In this document: positions 46,571 to 55,724 of the stretch, in pieces | How the letters are laid out: each line of letters starts with the position of its first letter | Position numbering within the stretch: position 1 is the first letter of the stretch | DNA from: a virus | Virus record (IMG/VR): IMGVR_UViG_3300037189_013673 | Span: 6,513-70,512 of that record | Length of the DNA: 64,000 nt | Strand: one strand, 5' to 3' | Made by a program: the position numbers and the translations under genes | Notes under the pieces: model-generated | What the model saw: the letters and a program-made list of their open reading frames with translations, nothing else | Told to the model about the DNA's origin: nothing | Database searches by the model: none

Positions 46571-47914
46571 TTAAAACATTTTATTGATTTCGTCTAATTC
46601 TAAATCAGTATTTATTTTATCTAAAGGTAATTTATTTTTTTCTTTAACTATTTGTAACCATGATTTATAATCTGTTTTTGTTTTTAAAATATCTGCTTGT
46701 TCATTAGTAAATAATGTAAAAAATTCATCTAAAGAGTTTTCTACTGTTTTAACTGTTGAGCTTTGAACTGCATTTAAAACTGAATCAATAGGAGCTGGAG
46801 TAAATGAAATATCAGCAACAGTTTCAATAGTTTTACTATTTCCACCTGCTTGTTTAATACTTCTAAAGACATTATAAGTTTTTTGAACAGATAACATTAA
46901 ACGAACAGAAACGAATGCTTTAGCTGTAAAACCTTCTTCTTGAATTGTTTTTCTTAGTTTACTTAAATATATAAATATAAAAGCCCATTTTTTATTAAGA
47001 ATAGTTTCCCACTCAAATTTCTCATCTACAAATACTTTATATGTAGAGCCAGCAAATCTATCTTGTAAAGATAAATCCTGCTTAAAGTTAGCTTCATATT
47101 CAGCGTCTTTAGTATTTAGTAAACTATTACCTGTTGCCATGATAAAACAATCACCTCTTTCTATAATATCTCCTTTAGCATTTTGAATAGTAGCAGGTTC
47201 TCCATTGCTATTGTATTCACCAACTTTAGCTAAAGCGGCATTTAAAATACCTGCAGTATTAGGGTCTATTTTAGGTAACTCATCTAATAATAAAATACAA
47301 CCTTTTCCCATAGGACTTCCATCTGGGTTTAAATTTCCAAATGCTCTAACTACTTTTCCTTCTTGATAACCATCAATTGTTTGACCGCCTATTAATTCTA
47401 AAGCAGAAGTAAATTGATTACAGTTTACGGTGATAATATTCCAGCCTAATAAATCTTTTAAATCTCCAGCTAAAAATGTTTTTCCTGTTCCTGCACCACC
47501 ATATAAATAAACATTATTTCTTGCTAAAATATCACTTAATATTTTTTGAACAAGAGGTCTTTGAACAGAAGGCGTAAGAGTTGTTGTAACTACTTTAGTT
47601 AAAGTTCCTTGTTTAATTGTTAAAGTTACTTTAGTAGGTTGATTATTTAATAAACTTTTAATGGTATCATCTAAATCATCAAATTTAATTTTATCTGTTT
47701 CAATTTCTTCTCTAACTATTCTTTTAACTTCATCTTCATCTAAATTAGATGCTTTTTGATTTCCAGATAATAAAGCAGATAGTTGAATCATTTTTTGAGC
47801 AACTACGTCGCCTTCAAATTCATCTTCCATTTTCTTTTTAGCAAGTTGTTGTAACATTGGATTATCTGTCTCAGATGCAATATCCATTAATTCTTTTTTA
47901 GTTATATTTTCCAT
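46571..47914 (-). CDS. MoxR/CbbQ/CobS-like AAA+ ATPase
   Basis: YLYGGAGTGKT, ILLLDE, ATGN, QD.SLQDRF. Confidence 0.85.
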   Translation of the reverse strand: MENITKKELMDIASETDNPMLQQLAKKKMEDEFEGDVVAQKMIQLSALLSGNQKASNLDEDEVKRIVREEIETDKIKFDDLDDTIKSLLNNQPTKVTLTIKQGTLTKVVTTTLTPSVQRPLVQKILSDILARNNVYLYGGAGTGKTFLAGDLKDLLGWNIITVNCNQFTSALELIGGQTIDGYQEGKVVRAFGNLNPDGSPMGKGCILLLDELPKIDPNTAGILNAALAKVGEYNSNGEPATIQNAKGDIIERGDCFIMATGNSLLNTKDAEYEANFKQDLSLQDRFAGSTYKVFVDEKFEWETILNKKWAFIFIYLSKLRKTIQEEGFTAKAFVSVRLMLSVQKTYNVFRSIKQAGGNSKTIETVADISFTPAPIDSVLNAVQSSTVKTVENSLDEFFTLFTNEQADILKTKTDYKSWLQIVKEKNKLPLDKINTDLELDEINKMF

Positions 47915-48585
47915 TATTTAAAAATTTCGTTTAATAAATCATTTATTTTTTGTTCGTTATCTGTTCCGAATAGATTTCTATTACCTATTGCGGCTTTTGC
48001 TAATTGTTTATTTTTGAATACACTTTTTATACTATCTTTAGGCGTTGATAAAGCTTCTTCTATGACATTAAATCCCATATCATTTTGTATCTGCTGAGAA
48101 GATTTTCCTTTTGAAAATTCATCTTTTATTTTTTTTAATAATTCATCTAAATCAAGTCCTTCATCATCAGCTTTATTACCAAAATCTCCTTTTTCTCCAT
48201 CTTTACCTTCTCCATCTTCTCCATCTTTACCTTCACCATCTTTACCATTTTGGTCTTTACCATCTTGGTCTTTACCATCTTGGTCTTTACCATCTTTGTC
48301 TTTACCATCTTTGTCTTTACCATCTTGGTCTTTACCATCTTGGTCTTTACCGTCTTGGTCTTTATTATCTTGGTCTTTATTATCCTTATCTTGTTCTTCT
48401 TCAAAAGGATTTTCTACATTTTCAGGTACTTCTTGAGGCTCTTGAGGTTCTTCTGGCTCGTCTTTCGGCGGCGGCGGATTTTCACCTTGAGGCGGAGTTG
48501 GAGGTGGTACTCTTAAGATTGTAATATTATCTTCTTCAGTGTCATACTCTATAAATGAACTTGGTAGATTTTTTTTATTTTCCAT
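47914..48585 (-). CDS. Low-complexity Pro/acidic protein with (DQDGK)n repeat
   Basis: 223-aa ORF. Confidence 0.75.
   Translation of the reverse strand: MENKKNLPSSFIEYDTEEDNITILRVPPPTPPQGENPPPPKDEPEEPQEPQEVPENVENPFEEEQDKDNKDQDNKDQDGKDQDGKDQDGKDKDGKDKDGKDQDGKDQDGKDQNGKDGEGKDGEDGEGKDGEKGDFGNKADDEGLDLDELLKKIKDEFSKGKSSQQIQNDMGFNVIEEALSTPKDSIKSVFKNKQLAKAAIGNRNLFGTDNEQKINDLLNEIFK
48190..48392. repeat. 15-bp tandem repeat (tggtctttaccatct and variants) encoding DQDGK/DKDGK
   Basis: Directly visible. Confidence 0.9.
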
Positions 48586-48596
48586 TTTTATATTTT

Positions 48597-49106
48597 TTAT
48601 TCTTGAGTACTTAATGAAATATCTGCGTTTTGTTTATTTTTCAAAACACGTAAAGCTTCTTCTTTTGTTAATTTTTTGACAATAACTTTAGTACCTGCTA
48701 CTTCAGTAACAATACCATAATCATCTTTAACTCTAATAATATCGCCTACAACAGGTGGTATTTTTACCTTTTTTGGAGGTGGTTGATTAGGTTGTGGATT
48801 ATTAACTTGAGGAGGCGTTTCTTTAAGTTCTTTATAAATCATATCTTCAAAAAATAAAATAGCATCTTCAAAGTTTTCTTTGATTGTTTTATTTTTTGTA
48901 AAAAATTCTTCATAAATAGTATAAACTCCATTTACTTCTTTAAATACTTTGTAAGGATTAGTGTTTACTTGACCTACGTAAGCATTTGGGTTGAACTTTA
49001 CCTCTATGTTCATACCTGTAGTTGTATTAGTTAACCTATAAATTACTTCATCAGGGCTAATTACTTCTGTGCTTTCTGTTAATTTACCTTCTTTATATAC
49101 GAACAT
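48597..49106 (-). CDS. Hypothetical protein with Pro-rich linker and possible KOW/SH3-like end
   Basis: VGDIIRV...YGIVTEV. Confidence 0.7.
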   Translation of the reverse strand: MFVYKEGKLTESTEVISPDEVIYRLTNTTTGMNIEVKFNPNAYVGQVNTNPYKVFKEVNGVYTIYEEFFTKNKTIKENFEDAILFFEDMIYKELKETPPQVNNPQPNQPPPKKVKIPPVVGDIIRVKDDYGIVTEVAGTKVIVKKLTKEEALRVLKNKQNADISLSTQE

Positions 49107-52100
49107 ATCCTCCTTTATTAAATCTTATATCATTGAAAAAATTAAAATAGAAACTTCTTCTAACTGTAGCACTTTTTATTTGCGTAGGACTAAAAGTTAA
49201 ATATTCTATATCTTTTATAAATTTACTTCTATCACTTATGACTTGACCATTTGTATCAAATACAGGTATATCTCCATATTGAATTAAAGCATCGTAACCA
49301 AAATCTTTTATAGTTTCTAATAATGACACATCATTACGGACATAAACCCATATAGGATGTTTAGCTTTCATATCGTTTTGAATTAAACTTAAAACATTAT
49401 TACTTGGTTGTATTTTAATACCATAAGCTATAGTCATATAGTCAATAAGGTCTTTATAAGTTACTTCTAAGTCCAAAGGTAATAAATCTATTGGATTTTT
49501 TATATTTAAAAACACTTTATAAATAAATGGTTCATAATCTGCTGATGGTTTTGGCATATTTGGAGCATCGCCAGCATAAAACTTAGCATAATCTTCATTA
49601 TTAGCAAAATAAGATGCAGGAAATGCTGTAGGTGGCTCAAATGAACCATAAGGTCTCACGACTCCTTGACCCATATTAGAAAATTGACCAAAATTAGGTA
49701 TATATTTTCTAACTCCATGGTAAAATATTTTAGGTTCTTTAGTTTCTTCATCAATCATCTTAGAACAATCAAGATAATTATTAGTTTCATAAGCTTTTTC
49801 CCAGTCACCAAACCATTTTTTAAATTGAGGTGTTCTGACATTAAGATAAGCATTCATAGGTAATTTACTTTTCTCTCCATTAGGAGTTGGTAATTCACAA
49901 GCTGGTTCTAATGGTGCAACTGGGCTTTGAGTACTCTGAGACCAATAATACTTTAATAAACCTTGAGGCGTAAAAGTTTCAAATTTAAGAGATGATTTTT
50001 CATTTGGTTTTATAAATGTTTCATAAGTTATTTTTTTATTTAACCTATTGATTTCTTTTAAAATAGTTGCTTTTTCAACAGCAAATTTACTTTCTTGAAA
50101 AGAAGGCAATAATTTTTTAAAGTTTTCTAAATCTTTTCTGTCTTTTATTAAATTATCATCATCATATATATTAGTACTATCTTTAAATACTAATTTATCT
50201 AAATCAGCTGTAAATTCATTTTTAGGTTGATTTGATTTTTTTTCTGGTATTTTAGTTGATGCAGTTGACTGAGAAGTGGTTCCAAACAAATCAGCTTCTG
50301 TTATTTCTCTACCAGTTCTATTATCCCAACCAACATATTTATTTTTTGTAAACCATATATTATCAATATTATCTTTATCTCTTATTTTTCCTTTTATACC
50401 TATATTATCTTTCCAACCAAGTTCTTCTGCTTTTTCAACTACTCTTTTAGCTAATTGTATATCACCATTAATATTTATATAAGTACTAGTTAAATCTGTA
50501 ATTAAATTATTAGAAATGGCTGAACTAGAACCATACATATCTTTATATGGTTTAAAGTTTCCTGAATTAATTTCTGCCCAAAAATCATCACCTTCTTTAG
50601 TTCTGCTCCAACTAAAAGCTAAATCAATCTCATCACTATCTCTACTAAAATTACGTTCTTTTTTTCTTAATAAAGCTAATTCTTTAATTGGTTCAGGCAA
50701 ATCAGATATTTTACCGCTAAAATTAGGTATTGAATCTGGTATTAAATCAGAAGTAGTTGGTTGCGTTTTTATTACAGGTTGATTTATATTTATAAATGAA
50801 GCTTTATTTTTCTTCATATCTTCAACTAATAACATCATATCAACTTCTGTTATTTCTACAGCAGGGCTATCATTAAAAGTATTTCTTGAAGTTTTACGTA
50901 ATATTGAATTATATTGAAACGTTATCCAATCTGTAACAGCGTAACCATCTGTATTTATTATTTGAGAACCATTAGTATCTGTTAAACCTAATTCAAAAGC
51001 TAATTCTTGTACTTTTATAAATAAATCTTTTTTTCCACCTATCCAAATTTTAGTGTTATCTAAACTATCTACAATGCTTCCAGAAACAGTTGGTTGCGTT
51101 TTAATTGAAGTAGTTCCAAAAACATCTGCTTCAAAAATTTCTTTTTCTGGTTCGTTTTCAAAATATGATATAGCATTAAAACCATAAATTCTTTTACCTA
51201 TATTTTTAATAGAAACTGTAAAAGTTAATCCATTTGCATTAACATAATTATTAGTACCATCTTCATTTTTAAAACCTTGAGCAAAAGCTAAATCTTGTAT
51301 TCTTCTTGATAAATCAGGATTGTTTTCTACCCATATTTTAGTATTATCTAAATTAAATGGTTGATTAGAAACTACTGGTTTTGAAACTGTTTTGCTTAAA
51401 TTAGGAGTGCTTGTTCCAAATATATCTTCAATGAATATTTCTTTAAGATTTGGTCTACTATCAAAAGTAGTTCTTAATTCTCCGTAATTTATAGATTTAT
51501 CTTTATAAAAATATAATGCTGTGGCTTTATCAACAGATGTTGTTTTAACACCAGATGATGGGTATTTCCAACCTAATTCAAATGCTCTTTCTTGAACTGC
51601 TTTAGATAATTTAGGGTCATCTCCAATCCAAATTTTAGTATCACTTAAATCTGTTAATATGTTATTAGAAGCGCTTTTAATAGTTGCTTTAGGAGCATTA
51701 CCAAATATTTCAGCTTCTGTTATTTCTCTTTTAGGACTATTATCAAAAGTAGAAGTAGAATTACCGTAAGAAATACTTTTCTTTGTAAAATATAAATAAT
51801 TAAAAGAACTATAATCTAAGTTTTTACCATGATTATTTTGCCATTCCCAACCATCATCAAAAGCTTTTTGTTGTACTCTTATTGATAAATCTTTATCCAT
51901 AAGAACTTTTAATTTAGTATTTGTAAAATCAAAAGCTTTAGCAAAACTACTAGTTACATTTACACTAGTATTAGGATTAACTACTACTGTTCTATTTCCA
52001 CTAAAAAAATCAGACCAATCATAATTTATTGCTTGATAATGATTTTCTTTATCTATTTGTTTATATAAATCAGTTGGTTTACCAGTAATTGGATTAAAAT

Positions 52101-53490
52101 AAGTATTTGTATTTCTAGCATCTTTAAATTTTAATTTAGTAACACTACCTTTGTTATTTATTCTAAAATAAAGCCAACAAGGTTCTTTTTTATCAATAAA
52201 TATTTCTCTAACATCTCTTAAAAAATCTTTATAGTTTGTATATACTTTTCTTTCTAAACTAGTTAAATCATAAGAAGTATCAGTGATAATTATACTTTCA
52301 ACTTTAGGCAAACCTGGATTACCACCTAAATCAAAATGTTTAGTTACATTTATAGAATCGCCTTCTAAATTAGCATCATAAGGAGTTAAACCACCTTTAG
52401 CATAAATACCTGTATCTCCACCAACTCTTCCATCTGCTTCAACATCTAACATATCATTATAGTTGTTTAAATCTCTTGCAGGTGTGTTTCCATTTTTGGC
52501 ATCTCTAACTAAACTTTCTTTATGAACTTTACCACCATGACTCATTTTTAATTCATGAGAATCAATTTTAGCGGCTTTTCCACCCATTACTGCAGAGTAA
52601 ACTCTAGCCATTGCCCATTGTTCTTTAGAAGTAACATTTTCTCTAACACTTTCATGGTTAGTTTTAAAAGCTCCAATTCCTTTATTATATATTTCTTGTA
52701 AACCTTTTATAGAAATACCTGTATCTTTAGAAATATCTTCTAAATCATGTGATTTATCAACTGGATATTTATATTTTTTATTATATTTATCTTTATATGA
52801 TACATAACCACCATCGTGAAACTTTTCACTTTCATCAGTATAAAAAGTAGGGCTTTCAACTAAATGGTCTTTTACAATATTAAAATGGTCTAAATAAGTT
52901 CCTGCATGAATGCTTTCGTCTTTCATGCCTAATTCAACTTGTTTATCTAATTCTTCTAATGTAACATTATGCATTTTAGCAATATCTTCTAATGACATTC
53001 CTTTTGATAAATGACCACTTAGTTCAAATTTATTATCATCTTCATCATATTCACAGCCGCATTTATTTATTTCTTCAGCAATTTCTTTATCAGACATCAT
53101 TTTGCCACCGTAATTGTAAGTTCCACCATTACAAAGCATTTTACTTGAAACTTCTGCTCCATCTTCTGCAAAAGCAACTCCACCTGCATCATGATTAATT
53201 TTAGATAAAATTTCTCTATTAGTCATCATTTTACCTTGAAATTGTCTTTTTGATTGGTCTGCTAAAGCCGGTGCGGTAATAATAACTTCTCCTGTTTGTA
53301 CTTCTATTGGTTGTCCTGAAGTTTTATCAACTCCTTTTATTCCACCTTCTTTATGTGTTTTACCTACAAACCAACCACCTACTTTGCCATCATCATATAT
53401 AATTGTTTGACCATTTCTTTTACCTACTAATACTCCACCTTGTGGTGAATTTTTAGCTTGTTTTTCTGTTAAGTCTATTTTTTTTGCCAT
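49093..53490 (-). CDS. 1465-aa polyvalent protein: N-terminal small domains, five internal repeats, C-terminal ADP-ribosyltransferase-like (ART-PolyVal) domain
   Basis: VRTPQFKKWFGDWE...SK..DE...EP...YHG, YFA....A..YA, FLNIKNP, GYDA, EY..FSPTQIKSA. Confidence 0.8.
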   Translation of the reverse strand: MAKKIDLTEKQAKNSPQGGVLVGKRNGQTIIYDDGKVGGWFVGKTHKEGGIKGVDKTSGQPIEVQTGEVIITAPALADQSKRQFQGKMMTNREILSKINHDAGGVAFAEDGAEVSSKMLCNGGTYNYGGKMMSDKEIAEEINKCGCEYDEDDNKFELSGHLSKGMSLEDIAKMHNVTLEELDKQVELGMKDESIHAGTYLDHFNIVKDHLVESPTFYTDESEKFHDGGYVSYKDKYNKKYKYPVDKSHDLEDISKDTGISIKGLQEIYNKGIGAFKTNHESVRENVTSKEQWAMARVYSAVMGGKAAKIDSHELKMSHGGKVHKESLVRDAKNGNTPARDLNNYNDMLDVEADGRVGGDTGIYAKGGLTPYDANLEGDSINVTKHFDLGGNPGLPKVESIIITDTSYDLTSLERKVYTNYKDFLRDVREIFIDKKEPCWLYFRINNKGSVTKLKFKDARNTNTYFNPITGKPTDLYKQIDKENHYQAINYDWSDFFSGNRTVVVNPNTSVNVTSSFAKAFDFTNTKLKVLMDKDLSIRVQQKAFDDGWEWQNNHGKNLDYSSFNYLYFTKKSISYGNSTSTFDNSPKREITEAEIFGNAPKATIKSASNNILTDLSDTKIWIGDDPKLSKAVQERAFELGWKYPSSGVKTTSVDKATALYFYKDKSINYGELRTTFDSRPNLKEIFIEDIFGTSTPNLSKTVSKPVVSNQPFNLDNTKIWVENNPDLSRRIQDLAFAQGFKNEDGTNNYVNANGLTFTVSIKNIGKRIYGFNAISYFENEPEKEIFEADVFGTTSIKTQPTVSGSIVDSLDNTKIWIGGKKDLFIKVQELAFELGLTDTNGSQIINTDGYAVTDWITFQYNSILRKTSRNTFNDSPAVEITEVDMMLLVEDMKKNKASFININQPVIKTQPTTSDLIPDSIPNFSGKISDLPEPIKELALLRKKERNFSRDSDEIDLAFSWSRTKEGDDFWAEINSGNFKPYKDMYGSSSAISNNLITDLTSTYININGDIQLAKRVVEKAEELGWKDNIGIKGKIRDKDNIDNIWFTKNKYVGWDNRTGREITEADLFGTTSQSTASTKIPEKKSNQPKNEFTADLDKLVFKDSTNIYDDDNLIKDRKDLENFKKLLPSFQESKFAVEKATILKEINRLNKKITYETFIKPNEKSSLKFETFTPQGLLKYYWSQSTQSPVAPLEPACELPTPNGEKSKLPMNAYLNVRTPQFKKWFGDWEKAYETNNYLDCSKMIDEETKEPKIFYHGVRKYIPNFGQFSNMGQGVVRPYGSFEPPTAFPASYFANNEDYAKFYAGDAPNMPKPSADYEPFIYKVFLNIKNPIDLLPLDLEVTYKDLIDYMTIAYGIKIQPSNNVLSLIQNDMKAKHPIWVYVRNDVSLLETIKDFGYDALIQYGDIPVFDTNGQVISDRSKFIKDIEYLTFSPTQIKSATVRRSFYFNFFNDIRFNKGGYVRI

Positions 53491-53510
53491 TTTCTGTGTA
53501 GTATAAAAAG

Positions 53511-53518
53511 CAAATATA
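53511..53518 (-). promoter_or_regulatory. Bacteroidota -7 promoter element at head of the late block
   Basis: TATATTTG on - strand about 20 nt upstream of ATG 53490. Confidence 0.65.
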
Positions 53519-53652
53519 TGTATTTTTTAAATATGATTATCAATATATTATAAATAATAACAATTTAAAAGTTGTTTTAATTAAAAATTATTTAGATAAA
53601 ATTGTGTTTCTATTATTTTTTGTATTATATATAATAATAATTATAAAATAAA

Positions 53653-53660
53653 TATATTTG
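53653..53660 (+). promoter_or_regulatory. Bacteroidota -7 promoter element
   Basis: TATATTTG upstream of ORF 53692. Confidence 0.65.
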
Positions 53661-53691
53661 TACGTTAATATATTAATTTAAAACAAAAAAC

Positions 53692-53811
53692 ATGTCAGAT
53701 TATTTAAACATCAAAAGTCCAAATTGGCTAGGTGGAGTTAATGTTCATAACACAATTACAATTGCGTTATTAGTATTAGTAGCTTACAAAGTTGGAGCGT
53801 TCAAAAAGTAA
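53692..53811 (+). CDS. 39-aa TM microprotein in its own transcription unit (not in ORF track)
   Basis: MSDYLNIKSPNWLGGVNVHNTITIALLVLVAYKVGAFKK*; promoter, A-rich leader and terminator. Confidence 0.7.
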   Translation: MSDYLNIKSPNWLGGVNVHNTITIALLVLVAYKVGAFKK

Positions 53812-53833
53812 TAGTTTACTTTTTAGAAAAGAC

Positions 53834-53860
53834 AAAGCCACCTAATTGGTGGCTTTTTTT
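53834..53860. terminator. Intrinsic terminator, probably bidirectional
   Basis: aaagccacc-taatt-ggtggcttttttt. Confidence 0.85.
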
Positions 53861-53879
53861 ATACTTTGTTATCAAATTT

Positions 53880-54356
53880 TTATTTTTCTAATAATTCAAT
53901 TCTAATAATTAGAATATTTAGATAAGCGTTCATTACTTCTAATTGTTGTTTTAAAAGTAAATGGTTTCCATCTGACAAGGTTTCTACTTTATCTGAATTT
54001 AAAAACATAGCTAACTTTGTTACTTTGTCAAGCAGTTCTTGTTGTTCTGCTTTTAATCTGTCTAAAAATGTAGTTTCTTTAATTAAAGAGTTTCCTTCTT
54101 CAAATGCTTCCGAAGGCGAAAAAGATTTGTAGCCATCTTTGTAAATTACATAATATCCACCTACTTGTGGTTTATGTTTATGCAAATAATCTCCTTCAAC
54201 TTTAAAAGGTGCATAACCTTCTTCTTCTGGAGTAATAATTGCACTACCATCGCTTTCTCGATTTTCTCCTTCTCCATCTCTAACAATTGATTTAATTTTT
54301 AAAGCCCAAACTTCTTTATGACTTTTGTACTTTGGCATTTCTATTGATACTGACAT
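53880..54356 (-). CDS. Conserved phage protein (crAss001_48-related C-terminus)
   Basis: GYYV.Y.DGYKSFSP..AFEEG; FLDRL..E..EL..K..KL..F ... LL..Q...M..Y..IL..RI. Confidence 0.7.
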   Translation of the reverse strand: MSVSIEMPKYKSHKEVWALKIKSIVRDGEGENRESDGSAIITPEEEGYAPFKVEGDYLHKHKPQVGGYYVIYKDGYKSFSPSEAFEEGNSLIKETTFLDRLKAEQQELLDKVTKLAMFLNSDKVETLSDGNHLLLKQQLEVMNAYLNILIIRIELLEK

Positions 54357-54399
54357 AATATTTGTAGCACTTATCCTTGCAATCGGGTTCTTAGTTGTT

Positions 54400-55686
54400 T
54401 TATTTTGCTAATTTATCTATGATAGTTTTAAATTGTCTTGCTATGTCTTTCCATTTTAATTTTGAAACTTTATTGTAGGCATTTTCTATTTTTACTTTAA
54501 CCATATCTTGAAGTTCTTGTTCATCATTTTTTAAATTATAAGCAATTTCCATTAAAGTTTTTACTTCTCCACCTGAACAAACATATCTAACTTTTTCATA
54601 ATCTTTAACGAATACCATTGGTGTAGAGTAAAGAAAGTTTAATGTATTTTCACCGTTATTAGTTATTTCTGTTATAGAAGTGTGTTTAGGGCAAATTACA
54701 AGAGTTTTAGTTGCCATTGCTTCAGTTATTGTTAAACCCCAGCCTTCGGCTGTAGTAGTAGTTATAAAGCAATCAAAAGAATTATAAATTTTATTTAATC
54801 TACTAATATCAAATCCTTTATTTTCATTATAGTCTTTTGGTGTAAGTACATCTATTCCAAATCTAAGTCCAAGTCTTTCGCATAGTCTTTGAATATTAAT
54901 ACCTGCAGTATCTAAAGGATTACAATGTAAATATAAAATAGAATGTACAGGTTCTTTAGCGGTATTTTTAAAATACGCAAATCCTAAAATAAGAGTTGCT
55001 AAATCTTTTCTAGCTGAATTTCTGTTTACTGTACCAAAAATATAAGCATCTTTATTTTCTTCTCCATAAATACTAGCTTTTATTTTGGTTTTTTCATCTT
55101 CTTCAAGAGGAAAAAAATCAGAAGTGTTACAACCATGAGGTATTACTTTTACTTTTTTAAATATTGTAGGAGAAACCATTCTTTTAATGACATCTTTAGC
55201 ATATTCAGTGTAAGTTATAACTTCATCAAATAAATTTAAAACTTGTAAATCACTAACTCTAGGTTCAGAATCAATAGGAAAATAAACCATTGATTTAAAA
55301 GAAGGCTTGTTATTTTTTTTCTTTTCTACTTTTACATTTTTAAAATGTTCTGCAAAATCATTAAATACTTCAATATCATTTAAACAGAAAACTACATCCC
55401 AATCATTATTATATAATAATCTTAAAAATTGTAATCTACAATAAAAATCTCCTTTAGGGTCTTTTTCTTCTACTGTTGTAGCCGCAGGTATAACTAAAAC
55501 GTTTTCTTTATAATGATAAGGTTTTTCAGCTGTATCATTAATTGCAAATATTACTGTTTTAAGTTTTGAATCATTTGACCATTCATCTACTAATTCTTTT
55601 GATACTTTAGCAAATCCAGTATCACAGCCAAAATCAGCATACATTAATAAGTTTTTTTCTTTAATCTCGTTTTTTATAACTTTCAT
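54400..55686 (-). CDS. GT-B glycosyltransferase (GT4-like)
   Basis: TGFAKV, IPHG, NRN..RKD, EGWGLT.TEAMA. Confidence 0.88.
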   Translation of the reverse strand: MKVIKNEIKEKNLLMYADFGCDTGFAKVSKELVDEWSNDSKLKTVIFAINDTAEKPYHYKENVLVIPAATTVEEKDPKGDFYCRLQFLRLLYNNDWDVVFCLNDIEVFNDFAEHFKNVKVEKKKNNKPSFKSMVYFPIDSEPRVSDLQVLNLFDEVITYTEYAKDVIKRMVSPTIFKKVKVIPHGCNTSDFFPLEEDEKTKIKASIYGEENKDAYIFGTVNRNSARKDLATLILGFAYFKNTAKEPVHSILYLHCNPLDTAGINIQRLCERLGLRFGIDVLTPKDYNENKGFDISRLNKIYNSFDCFITTTTAEGWGLTITEAMATKTLVICPKHTSITEITNNGENTLNFLYSTPMVFVKDYEKVRYVCSGGEVKTLMEIAYNLKNDEQELQDMVKVKIENAYNKVSKLKWKDIARQFKTIIDKLAK

Positions 55687-55724
55687 TATTTTTTGTTTTA
55701 AGTTTCTGGTGTAAATATAATAAA

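Noticed and set aside
48190-48392. Possible CRISPR array
   Set aside because: Direct tandem 15-mers with no spacers, inside a CDS; no repeat-spacer array seen anywhere in the window
48111-48516. Alternative-frame ORFs (HLGLY)n, (KTKMV)n, (VFTIL)n
   Set aside because: Frames kept open by the 15-bp repeat; the DQDGK frame is the one coupled to neighbouring genes
49093-53490. Tape measure protein
   Set aside because: Not an Ala/Leu-rich helical repeat protein; made of globular modules; no tail genes nearby
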